This document shows, one piece after another, positions 9,464 to 18,151 of a DNA stretch of 32,000 nt. This DNA is from Aliivibrio fischeri ES114 (GTDB lineage: Bacteria > Pseudomonadota > Gammaproteobacteria > Enterobacterales > Vibrionaceae): NCBI RefSeq assembly GCF_000011805.1, contig NC_006841.2; one strand, 5' to 3'. The translations under genes were made by a program, and so were the position numbers. Numbering within the stretch: position 1 is the stretch's first letter; every line of letters begins with the position of its first letter. The notes below the pieces were generated by a model, which worked only from the letters and a program-made list of their open reading frames with translations, did not search any database and had not been told where the DNA came from.

Positions 9464-12400
9464 ATGTTAAGTAAATTTTTTATTCACCGGCCTAAATTTG
9501 CATTAGTCATTTCATTGGTAATGACACTAATGGGCTTAATTGCACTAAAAGTATTACCAATAGCAGAATACCCGGCTATTTCACCAACAGTAATTATTGT
9601 AAATACCGTTTACCCTGGAGCGAATGCGGATGTAGTAAAAAAAACTGTCGCACAACCTTTAGAATCGAAGATCAATGGTGTAGAAGACATGATTTATATG
9701 TCTTCAAACATTGGTAATGATGGTAGCTATAGTCTTCGAGTTTATTTCCGGATTGGTGCCGATGGTGACATGGCACAAGTTCGTGTTAATAACTTAGTAT
9801 CACAAGCAACGTCAACCCTTCCACCCGAAGTGAAACAAATTGGGGTAACGGTGCGTAAAAAATCATCCGATATTTTAGGTGTTGTCACCCTTAGTTCGCC
9901 AAATAAAACTTACGACAGTATTTATTTATCAAACTACGCTGATCTTAACCTTGTCGAACGATTAAAACGCCTTGAAGGCATGAGTGACATCACCTTACTT
10001 GGTAAAAAATCATACTCTATGCGTATTTGGTTAAATCCAAATAAAATGAGTACGCTAAACTTAACAGCCAAAGATGTTATTAGCGCAGTTAAGTCACAAA
10101 ACATTCAAGTTGCAGCAGGGAAAATTGGTGGCATGCCAGCTCCTGATCAACAACAAAACCAGTATGTTTTACAAACCAAAGGGCGATTAACCTCAACCGA
10201 TGAATTCGCAAATATTGTTATTAGGGCGAATAAAGATGGTTCAATTATTCGTTTGTCGGATGTGGCTCGTTTAGAGCTTGGAGCACAAGGTTATGAAGCT
10301 GATGGTCAATTAAACAATCAACCCGCAGCCGTTATGGCTCTGTATCAACTGCCAACCGCTAATGCTCTTGATGCTATGAGCAAAGTGAAAGCTGCCATGA
10401 AAGAGTACAGCAAAACCTTTCCTGATGATTTGGAATATAACATTGCTTATGACTCCACAGAATATGTTGAAGCCTCTATTGATGAAGTGTACGAAACATT
10501 AATTATTGCCGCTTTGTTAGTTGCGATTGTTGTGTATGTTTTCCTTCAAAACTTACGAGCTACCGCCATCCCTATCATTGCTATTCCAGTCTCGATTATT
10601 GCAACATTTGCGGTAATGAGCCTAATGGGAATGACAATAAACACCATTTCACTTTTTGGTTTAATACTCGCTATTGGTATTGTGGTTGATGATGCGATTA
10701 TCGTTGTAGAGAACGTTGAACGTATCATTCACGAAAAACACATGAAGCCTATCCCTGCAACCATTGAGGCGATGAAAGAAGTAACAGGTCCAGTTCTTGC
10801 CACAACGTTAATTTTGCTTGCAGTGTTTGTGCCTGTTGCCCTACTTCCTGGTATTTCAGGAAAAATGTTTAACCAGTTTGCGGTAACCATCTGTGTATCG
10901 GTATTAATCTCAGCCATTAACGCCTTAACTTTGTCACCTGCACTATGTGGGTTAATCTTAACGGATAAACACAGTGAACCGATTGCGCCACTTAGAGCTT
11001 TTAACCGCGGATTTGATGCTGTAACGAAAAAATACCAATTTCTTGTTGGCTTTATGAGTCAACGTCTCTTGGTATCAAGTGTTATCTACATCGCCCTTAT
11101 TGGCGTTTTAGGTTACACCTTTATGACCATTCCAACAGCCTTTGTTCCTAATGAGGATAAAGGGGCGTTTATGGTGGAAATGCGACTACCAGATTCTGCA
11201 TCATTACAACGTACCATTCCTATTCTGCAAGATTACACACGTGATCTTTTAGAAATGGATGGCGTCGAAGATGTGGTTTCTGTTAGTGGATTCTCTTTAA
11301 TTAACATGTCTGCAATCCCTAACGCAGGGATGCTTATCATTAAACTAAACAATTGGGATGACCGTAAAGACCCTGCTCTGCACCAAAAAGCATTAATGAA
11401 TAAAGTTCGACAAATGCTAAACACCATTCCAAACGCTAATGCTCTGGTTTTTGCCACCCCAGCTATTCGTGGCATGGGTTCTGTTGATGGCTTTAACTTT
11501 GTTCTAGAAGATAATCTAGGACGATCACCACAAGAGTTAGCACAAACTACGCAAAACTTTGTTGCTAAAATAAATCAATTGCCTGAAGTTGCGCGCGCTT
11601 TTTCTATTTTTAGAGCCAACGTACCGCAACGTTTCATCGATGTTGATAGAGATAAAGCAATATCAATGGGGATCCCACTTAACGATATTTTCCAAACGTT
11701 ACAATCTCAACTGGGTGGTGCGTACATCTCTGATTTCAATATCTATGGACGATCTTTTCAAGTAAAGGTACAAGCTGAACAAGAGTATCGAGACAGCACC
11801 GATGACATCAATAACCTATATGTACGAAACAACACAGGGAAAATGGTGTCATTAGGAACCTTAGTGAAGATAAAGCCAATATTTGGCCCTGATTCACTCA
11901 TGAATTACAACTTATTTGGTTCTGCTACCATTAATGGTGTTCCGGCATCAGGTTACAGCTCTGGTGATGTTGTAAAAGCCATTGAAAAACTCGCAGAAAA
12001 TGAACTGCCTAAAGGGTATTCATTTGAATGGTCAGGAATGACATATCAAGAGCTAGAGGCAGGCAATGCCGCTCCTGTTGCCTTCGCTCTATCTCTCTTA
12101 TTTACTTATCTGTTCTTAGTTGCTCAATATGAAAGTTGGAGTATTCCGACAGCTGTTATGATGGCAGTTCCTATTGCTATTTTAGGCGCGATGGCAACCC
12201 TATTCGCTCTTGGCCAACCTTTCGATTTATACGTTCAAATTGGTATCGTCATATTGATTGGTATGTCAGCCAAAGTCGCTATATTAATCGTTGAATTTGC
12301 CAAAGTGCTAAGAGAAGAGAAAGGCTATTCAATTATTGAGGCAGCTAAAGAAGCAGCTCGATTGCGTTTTCGAGCTGTTCAAATGACCGCTTTTGCATTT

Positions 12401-12577
12401 ATTTGGGGAGTTTTCCCTCTGGTTATTGCATCCGGTGCAGGTGCTGAATCTCGTCATTCATTGGGATTTGCAGTATTTGGCGGCATGATCCTCTCAACAT
12501 TGATAGGCACAATCTTTACACCTGTCTTTTTTGTGACAATGCAGAGTTTAAGAGAGAGATTCAATCCTAAAAAATAA
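9464..12577 (+). CDS. RND efflux permease, AcrB/HAE1 family
   Basis: 1037 aa; FFIHRPKFALVISLVMTLMGLIALKVLPIAEYPAISPTVIIVNTVYPGA; GLILAIGIVVDDAIIVVENVER; directly downstream of the adaptor. Confidence 0.96.
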   Translation: MLSKFFIHRPKFALVISLVMTLMGLIALKVLPIAEYPAISPTVIIVNTVYPGANADVVKKTVAQPLESKINGVEDMIYMSSNIGNDGSYSLRVYFRIGADGDMAQVRVNNLVSQATSTLPPEVKQIGVTVRKKSSDILGVVTLSSPNKTYDSIYLSNYADLNLVERLKRLEGMSDITLLGKKSYSMRIWLNPNKMSTLNLTAKDVISAVKSQNIQVAAGKIGGMPAPDQQQNQYVLQTKGRLTSTDEFANIVIRANKDGSIIRLSDVARLELGAQGYEADGQLNNQPAAVMALYQLPTANALDAMSKVKAAMKEYSKTFPDDLEYNIAYDSTEYVEASIDEVYETLIIAALLVAIVVYVFLQNLRATAIPIIAIPVSIIATFAVMSLMGMTINTISLFGLILAIGIVVDDAIIVVENVERIIHEKHMKPIPATIEAMKEVTGPVLATTLILLAVFVPVALLPGISGKMFNQFAVTICVSVLISAINALTLSPALCGLILTDKHSEPIAPLRAFNRGFDAVTKKYQFLVGFMSQRLLVSSVIYIALIGVLGYTFMTIPTAFVPNEDKGAFMVEMRLPDSASLQRTIPILQDYTRDLLEMDGVEDVVSVSGFSLINMSAIPNAGMLIIKLNNWDDRKDPALHQKALMNKVRQMLNTIPNANALVFATPAIRGMGSVDGFNFVLEDNLGRSPQELAQTTQNFVAKINQLPEVARAFSIFRANVPQRFIDVDRDKAISMGIPLNDIFQTLQSQLGGAYISDFNIYGRSFQVKVQAEQEYRDSTDDINNLYVRNNTGKMVSLGTLVKIKPIFGPDSLMNYNLFGSATINGVPASGYSSGDVVKAIEKLAENELPKGYSFEWSGMTYQELEAGNAAPVAFALSLLFTYLFLVAQYESWSIPTAVMMAVPIAILGAMATLFALGQPFDLYVQIGIVILIGMSAKVAILIVEFAKVLREEKGYSIIEAAKEAARLRFRAVQMTAFAFIWGVFPLVIASGAGAESRHSLGFAVFGGMILSTLIGTIFTPVFFVTMQSLRERFNPKK

Positions 12578-12599
12578 TTGAAAACAATATACTCATTAA

Positions 12600-12642
12600 C
12601 AATAAACCTACAATTGTACTTTCATACTTTGTAGGTTTATTG
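12600..12642 (+). terminator. Terminator-like inverted repeat after the RND permease
   Basis: CAATAAACCTACAA ... TTGTAGGTTTATTG, perfect 14-bp stem with 15-nt loop. Confidence 0.65.
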
Positions 12643-12675
12643 ATTGCTATCTTTATTATTTATCAGGCTTACATA

Positions 12676-13431
12676 ATGAAAATTAAACCCTTTATATTAC
12701 TATCTCTTCTCTTTTCATGCGGAGCTAATGCAGCAGGAACAGTAAAACCTAATTCAGAAAAACTGGCTGACGACCCCACCCGAGTCGTAACAGAGCTAGG
12801 AATTACCTACAGTGATAATTACGATACTAATTATGATAGCTGGTCGCTAACAGGGTCTATTGCATTCGATCCCGTACGAAAAATAAATATCAGATTAAAT
12901 GATGACCAAAGTGAATGGCGTGTTGGTGGATCATGGCTTTTTGATTTTGGTATCGTCAATTTTAATTTTGGTAAAAATGAATTTGATAACAAAAATACAC
13001 AAACAAACTATAGTGTAGGTACATTTGTTCCTTTGAGTTACTTCGGGTTTGAGCCTTTAGGTATTCAGATTTTTCCAACGATTGGTTACAACTACAACGA
13101 TGGCGAAGAAGTGTGTGATGTGAATAACCCTACAGGTAAATGCCTAGACAACACACCTACATTTGACGACCATTACATGATGGTTCCAACGAGCAATCAG
13201 AGCGGTTATGTTGGTGCTTTTGCATTAAAACCATTAAACCAAAAGCTAACATTAATGATGGCAACAGGAGCTGCAAAAGGCACGAATGATTACGATGCAT
13301 GGTGGTTATTCGGTGGTGTAAGTTACAAGCTCGCTGAAAAACAAACTCTTAGCACTTTCACTTATATGATTGATAATAGTTACGGTCAAGAAGAACGCTT
13401 CGGTATCACGTATAAATACACATTTGATTAA
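12676..13431 (+). CDS. Predicted outer membrane beta-barrel protein, function unknown
   Basis: Signal peptide MKIKPFILLSLLFSCGANA, alternating beta-strand pattern, aromatic-ending C-terminus (RFGITYKYTFD). ATG at 12676 preferred because the track start at 12640 lies in the terminator-like hairpin. Confidence 0.65.
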   Translation: MKIKPFILLSLLFSCGANAAGTVKPNSEKLADDPTRVVTELGITYSDNYDTNYDSWSLTGSIAFDPVRKINIRLNDDQSEWRVGGSWLFDFGIVNFNFGKNEFDNKNTQTNYSVGTFVPLSYFGFEPLGIQIFPTIGYNYNDGEEVCDVNNPTGKCLDNTPTFDDHYMMVPTSNQSGYVGAFALKPLNQKLTLMMATGAAKGTNDYDAWWLFGGVSYKLAEKQTLSTFTYMIDNSYGQEERFGITYKYTFD

Positions 13432-13443
13432 TTAAATTTGTTT

Positions 13444-13474
13444 GTTAGATGACGCACAATACGCGTCATCTAAC
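13444..13474. terminator. Perfect inverted repeat between convergent genes; possible terminator without a clear U tract
   Basis: GTTAGATGACGC-ACAATAC-GCGTCATCTAAC, 12-bp stem. Confidence 0.5.
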
Positions 13475-13487
13475 ACTTAACCTCAAT

Positions 13488-14285
13488 TTAGTTATTCAGC
13501 GTTTCTTTTATCTCATCTGAACTAAATCCATGAGAATATAAGTAAGCATAAGCTTTGCTTTTCTCTTTTGAATTGCTCAAATCAAAGCGTTTTTTATCTA
13601 ACCGTAATTGGCAGTTTTCATAAAAATCAATCGAACCATCCATTTCTAATTTTTCAATTTGTGCATCAAAGTTTGTAACATCAATCAGTTTTTGTTGAAG
13701 CTCTCGTTTAATTACGGACTTTCCTTTTAACTTACGAGCCAACTTTTCTATTTCTTTAACGATATCAGCTTTCTCTGCTTTGATTTGCATTTTAGAAGGA
13801 AGCGTTGATGCAATAGGATGAGACTTAATGACTTCTCTTACATCAGAGGATTTAAAGCCATATTTCAATAAGGTTGCATATAGCTTATCGCTTGAATACG
13901 AATCTAACGTCATATTACTTAAGCGATTGTTCAATATAGTAAATTCGCAAATTTCATCACGATTGACCAAATAATCAATCGCCTCATTTGCTATTGACTC
14001 ATTTATCCCTTTTTCTTTTAACTTAGATAAAATGAATTGACTCCCTTTTTCTGAATTGAATGCCATCTCAGCAAAATTAATAGCAAAATCCTTATCTGAT
14101 TTAAGGTAACCACGGCCAATAAGGTCAGATAAAACCGTATCAATCCATTCTTGATTATCCGTTTTTGCTTCTAGCTTTTTTCTCAATTCATCAATCGTAC
14201 GATCTTTTGCCTCAAGGTGATAAAAAGCACTACCATAAACGTTATCAATCGTTTTTGCTTGCTTAATGGGACGTTGAGTAAACAT
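13488..14285 (-). CDS. RecX-family-like protein
   Basis: AFYHLEAKDRTIDELRKKLEAKT...WIDTVLSDLIGRGYLKSDKDFAINFAEMAFNSEKGSQFILSKLKEKGI resembles RecX helical repeats; 265 aa. Confidence 0.65.
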   Translation of the reverse strand: MFTQRPIKQAKTIDNVYGSAFYHLEAKDRTIDELRKKLEAKTDNQEWIDTVLSDLIGRGYLKSDKDFAINFAEMAFNSEKGSQFILSKLKEKGINESIANEAIDYLVNRDEICEFTILNNRLSNMTLDSYSSDKLYATLLKYGFKSSDVREVIKSHPIASTLPSKMQIKAEKADIVKEIEKLARKLKGKSVIKRELQQKLIDVTNFDAQIEKLEMDGSIDFYENCQLRLDKKRFDLSNSKEKSKAYAYLYSHGFSSDEIKETLNN

Positions 14286-14390
14286 AAAAACCTCGAAGAC
14301 AATGAAATATCTACCGACTCTAAAGCACTTCGCCTTTGGTTACTACGACAAATTGAAAATACCTCTGATATATTGTCGTTAATTAAAATA

Positions 14391-14425
14391 AAAAGACTGT
14401 ACCTAATGATTTAATACAGTCTTTT
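14391..14425 (-). terminator. Rho-independent terminator downstream of the flavodoxin-fold oxidoreductase
   Basis: AAAAGACTGTA ... TACAGTCTTTT; on the - strand it is followed by a T-rich tract (TTTTTATTTT). Confidence 0.7.
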
Positions 14426-14433
14426 AGTCACAG

Positions 14434-14991
14434 TTAATTAACCATAGATAATAGCTTGATCGCATGGCATTCAGAACGAACATTAATATCTTCAATCGAA
14501 CCATACATATCAGGGATATAAAGCATATTATGACTATAAACATAGTTAATATCTTTAACCTGACAATATCTCAACATTTGCTTTAATGGTTTTAACAGTT
14601 CATCTATTGTTAATGCGATTTCCTTTTCATTACCATACGCAGACTCTTGTCCACCAATCGTAAAAGAAAAAATAAACTGTTTATCTTTTAATTGCGCCCC
14701 CTTTTCACCACCAAACGCAAACCCATAGCAAATCACATCATCAATCCACTTTTTCATCAGAGCAGGGAATGAATACCAAAATAGAGGGAACTGAAAGATG
14801 ATGGTATCAGCCTGTAATAAAGCCTCTTGCTCCTGAATAACATTAAACTCAAAATGCGTATTTAAATCTTCGAGCTTTCTTATGTTTAGCTGACTTTCCA
14901 TAACGTTACTTTCTAAGTATTCAAGAATCGCTTTATTACTAATGGAACTTTCATGATTTGGGTGACCAGAAATAATCGTAATTTTCTTCAT
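14434..14991 (-). CDS. NAD(P)H dehydrogenase (quinone)/flavodoxin-like fold protein
   Basis: SGHPNHESSISNKAILEYL, DTIIFQFPLFWYSFPALMKKWIDDV, GGQESAYG typical of the NQO1/KefF/MdaB family. Confidence 0.85.
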   Translation of the reverse strand: MKKITIISGHPNHESSISNKAILEYLESNVMESQLNIRKLEDLNTHFEFNVIQEQEALLQADTIIFQFPLFWYSFPALMKKWIDDVICYGFAFGGEKGAQLKDKQFIFSFTIGGQESAYGNEKEIALTIDELLKPLKQMLRYCQVKDINYVYSHNMLYIPDMYGSIEDINVRSECHAIKLLSMVN

Positions 14992-15101
14992 TTTATCGCC
15001 TCTTATGTGGGTAAGTGAGTAGGATAAAATGAATATTTCACTTTGATAATATGGTATTGTTGGGCTTCACTTTTCCATTTATGGGATAATAAAAGGATTA
15101 A

Positions 15102-16010
15102 ATGATGAAGGAAGACTGGCTATTATTTGCAAAAGTCGCTCAGTATCAAAGCTTTTCAGAAGCGGCAAGACGCTTATCAACCCCTACAACAACAGTCAGT
15201 CGACGTATTCAACAACTGGAATCTCAACTAGGGGAAAGACTCTTTATTCGTAATACAAGATCAGTAACTCTAACTGAATTTGGCCAACGTTTATTGCCTA
15301 AGACTAAACTATTAGAAATGGCGCTAGAAGAGCTGCAATCAACAATTGAAAGTCACTCACAAGAAATCAGTGGTAAACTCAAGTTATCAACCTCTGATAC
15401 ATTGTCCCAATTTTTACTACCGAGTCTAATTAGCTCTTTTTCATCGCAGCATCCATTAATCAATTTTGATATTTCTTCCTCAAACAGAAATGAACAACTC
15501 CTTAATGAGAATATAGATTTTTCTTTTCGTATCGGACAACTGGAAGACTCAAACTTAATTGCATATAAACTCTGCGAGATAGAGTATGTGTTAGTCGCTG
15601 CACCTTCCTTTATTGAAAAGAGCACCATAGGCATCACTCCGGAAACACTAATTCAACATCCTTGCATCATTATCGATATCGATGGAAAAGAAGTCCCTTG
15701 GTTTGTATCAAGTGATGATCATGTATTAGAACTGACTACATATAAAAAGTATCGAGTTGATAATCTATTTATCGCCAAATCTTTAGCTGAATCAGGAAAT
15801 GGTATTACTTTATTGCCTAAGTTTGTCGCTAAAGAAGCAATAAAAACAAACACGCTCGTTACCGTATTAGATAATGTCAATATACAAAAAAATCCACTCA
15901 GTTTGATCTATTTTGACAAGCACTTTTTATCAGAAAAATCTAAGTGCTTTTTGAAGTACATTAAAGAGCAACGCTCCCATATAGAGAGCGTTATTAATCC
16001 AACTATATAA
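15102..16010 (+). CDS. LysR-family transcriptional regulator
   Basis: N-terminal HTH WLLFAKVAQYQSFSEAARRLSTPTTTVSRRIQQLESQLGERLFIRNTRSVTLTEFG. Alternative ATG at 15105. Confidence 0.93.
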   Translation: MMKEDWLLFAKVAQYQSFSEAARRLSTPTTTVSRRIQQLESQLGERLFIRNTRSVTLTEFGQRLLPKTKLLEMALEELQSTIESHSQEISGKLKLSTSDTLSQFLLPSLISSFSSQHPLINFDISSSNRNEQLLNENIDFSFRIGQLEDSNLIAYKLCEIEYVLVAAPSFIEKSTIGITPETLIQHPCIIIDIDGKEVPWFVSSDDHVLELTTYKKYRVDNLFIAKSLAESGNGITLLPKFVAKEAIKTNTLVTVLDNVNIQKNPLSLIYFDKHFLSEKSKCFLKYIKEQRSHIESVINPTI

Positions 16011-16013
16011 CAA

Positions 16014-16274
16014 TTAAATAAATTGTGCTTTTTTCACCGCATTAGCCTTTTCCAGTGAAGAGAGCACTTGATTTAACCGTTGAGGCGATAATTTCGTTTT
16101 CTCATAACTTACGGGGACAAAATCCCTTTGTTTATACGGAGTAAAATCTGAATACTCAGCACGACATTCATAATAACTTTTTACAATCGAATCTAATGAT
16201 ACATAGCCAAATCGTTGATAGGTTTTTTGCAGTCTCTCTTCGAACCGTCTTATTTTGCAATCTTTACTTATCAT
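16014..16274 (-). CDS. Small hypothetical protein
   Basis: 86-aa ORF in a gap between other genes, ending 4 nt from the lysR stop. No family recognised. Confidence 0.4.
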   Translation of the reverse strand: MISKDCKIRRFEERLQKTYQRFGYVSLDSIVKSYYECRAEYSDFTPYKQRDFVPVSYEKTKLSPQRLNQVLSSLEKANAVKKAQFI

Positions 16275-16512
16275 AAAATTAAAAGATCATTGTGTGATCT
16301 GCTTACTCTCTTTTATTTATATGTGACACACAATTTGCCACATGAAAATAAAAGTCTCTTGAGCATTACTAATCATATATTTGAGAAGAATGCTAAGTAT
16401 CTATTCTTTCTTATTGATAAGTTGCTAATTTTGCCGCATTTCTTTATTTATGGAACTTATCATGGTATTGCTACTCAATAACCATAATCAATTCAATCAG
16501 CTAAGGCATAGA

Positions 16513-17229
16513 ATGAATCCTATTATTACAGTGAGTAGCGTATCAAAACACTATCCTGACTCGAATCAAGCTCAACAAGCCCTTGATAATATCAGCTTCA
16601 CTTTATCTTCTGGTCAAGTATTAGGCCTACTTGGACACAATGGTGCAGGAAAATCGACGCTTATCAATGCGCTTTTAGGTGCACATCGTTTTTCCGGCAA
16701 TATTACAATTAATGGCTTAGAGCCGATTGAAAACCACGCAGAGCTAATGAAACATCTAGCGTACATCTCAGATGTAAATGTGTTACCTGAGTGGATGACG
16801 ATAAAACAAATTTTGAAATATACATCAGGAGTTCATCCTTATTTTGACATTAATAAAGCCCTGTCTTTAATTACAAAAACGAACATTAAATTGGGCAGTA
16901 AAATCGGTAGCTTATCCAAAGGAATGAAAGTCCAAATTCACTTAGCCCTTGTTATCGCTACCAATGTAAAGGTACTTATTCTGGATGAACCCACTCTAGG
17001 CTTAGATTTGTTATATCGAGATAACTTTTATAACGACTTGATGGCGTGGTTTAATCAAGGAGAACGATGCTTAATTATTGCAAGTCATGAGGTTAATGAA
17101 ATTGAAAAACTGCTTACTGATGTTCTCATTCTTAAGCAAGGAAAATGTGTCAAGCTAGATAATATGAATAATATTCCAAAAGGAACGCTCGCCGATCTAT
17201 TTATCACTTTACAAAAGGAGGTAATATAA
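16513..17229 (+). CDS. ABC transporter ATP-binding protein
   Basis: Walker A GHNGAGKS, Walker B VLILDEPTLGLD, H-loop ASHEV. ATG at 16513 preceded by an AAGG-type RBS; the track start at 16450 is upstream. Confidence 0.9.
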   Translation: MNPIITVSSVSKHYPDSNQAQQALDNISFTLSSGQVLGLLGHNGAGKSTLINALLGAHRFSGNITINGLEPIENHAELMKHLAYISDVNVLPEWMTIKQILKYTSGVHPYFDINKALSLITKTNIKLGSKIGSLSKGMKVQIHLALVIATNVKVLILDEPTLGLDLLYRDNFYNDLMAWFNQGERCLIIASHEVNEIEKLLTDVLILKQGKCVKLDNMNNIPKGTLADLFITLQKEVI

Positions 17230-18101
17230 TGCGCCCTTCTTTATATATGCTACAAAAAGAGTTAATCGAACATAAAACAGTAAGTCGTGTTCCACTGTTT
17301 ATTCTATTATGTGGTGTGGTGCTTTTTTTAAGCTTAATGATGAACACCAACTTACAAGATAACTTGTTTATTTCAGTACAAACTCAAGGAGATTTTACGC
17401 CTTTTTCTACTGAATTTTCAAACGATGTGCAAATCATGTTAAGTTTTATGGCAGGTATATTATCTCTTGCTTTAAGCACAACATATTTATCTAAAACCTT
17501 ACGCAAAGAACGTAACGAAGGAAGCTCCGCTTTTTGGCGCAGTATGCCTGTAACTAGTCAACATACTCACGCAGTTAAACTTACTTTCGGACTTATTGTC
17601 ATCCCACTAATTTTCTCTATTTTAGTGCTTATTGCTAACTTATGTTTATGGTTTATTAGCTTATCCAGTGATTCTGTTCTCGTTTTGTTGCATGAGCACT
17701 CATCGCTTCTTTACGTGATAACTAGCTGGTTTCAATTTTTAACTCGAATGCTATTAGTCAGTATTGTTATGTTGCCAATAGCAGGATTAATACTGGCCGT
17801 ATCTCAAGTGTCTAACTCACCATTAATTGTATTGTTCTTGGGTGGATATGCATTAAAGATATTATCTAATTGGGTACTAGGTTGGGATGGGATCTCTCAG
17901 TTTCTGTCTCATATATACCAAATACCAACGACCGTTTTATTATCACACAACCCATTAGTCAGTTTTGAACATGCTGGCATAGGTTTTTTAAGTCTATACG
18001 CTTTGCTTGGGGCTCTCGCTCTGTTTGTTAGTATTTCTTTATATCGAACAACAGAAATCTCGTGGCAATCATTAAACCCAAGTTGGTTGATTAAAAAATA
18101 A
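17229..18101 (+). CDS. ABC transporter permease
   Basis: Polytopic membrane protein overlapping the ATPase stop codon. Confidence 0.82.
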   Translation: MRPSLYMLQKELIEHKTVSRVPLFILLCGVVLFLSLMMNTNLQDNLFISVQTQGDFTPFSTEFSNDVQIMLSFMAGILSLALSTTYLSKTLRKERNEGSSAFWRSMPVTSQHTHAVKLTFGLIVIPLIFSILVLIANLCLWFISLSSDSVLVLLHEHSSLLYVITSWFQFLTRMLLVSIVMLPIAGLILAVSQVSNSPLIVLFLGGYALKILSNWVLGWDGISQFLSHIYQIPTTVLLSHNPLVSFEHAGIGFLSLYALLGALALFVSISLYRTTEISWQSLNPSWLIKK

Positions 18102-18142
18102 TAAATAAAAGGAGATCATATGATCTCCTTTTATTTATTATT
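18097..18142. terminator. Bidirectional terminator, 46-bp perfect palindrome
   Basis: AATAATAAATAAAAGGAGATCAT|ATGATCTCCTTTTATTTATTATT-type symmetry centred at 18119.5, between convergent genes, with A/T-rich flanks. Confidence 0.85.
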
Positions 18143-18151
18143 CTATGATTT

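Noticed and set aside
9096-11475. Antisense ORFs such as 8845..9096 -, 10546..10728 -, 10729..10917 - and 11233..11475 -
   Set aside because: Short, opposite to strongly supported RND genes, no recognisable domains.
14217-14414. 65-aa + strand ORF overlapping the recX-like gene start
   Set aside because: Overlaps the recX-like start and the terminator hairpin; no recognisable motif.
16285-16340. Possible CRP sites around TGTGTGATCTGC and ATGTGACACAC upstream of the ABC genes
   Set aside because: The second half-sites or the spacing do not match TGTGA-N6-TCACA.
16215-16481. 88-aa + strand ORF
   Set aside because: AT-rich Phe/Leu/Ile-rich product overlapping the 86-aa - strand ORF; no RBS or family signal.
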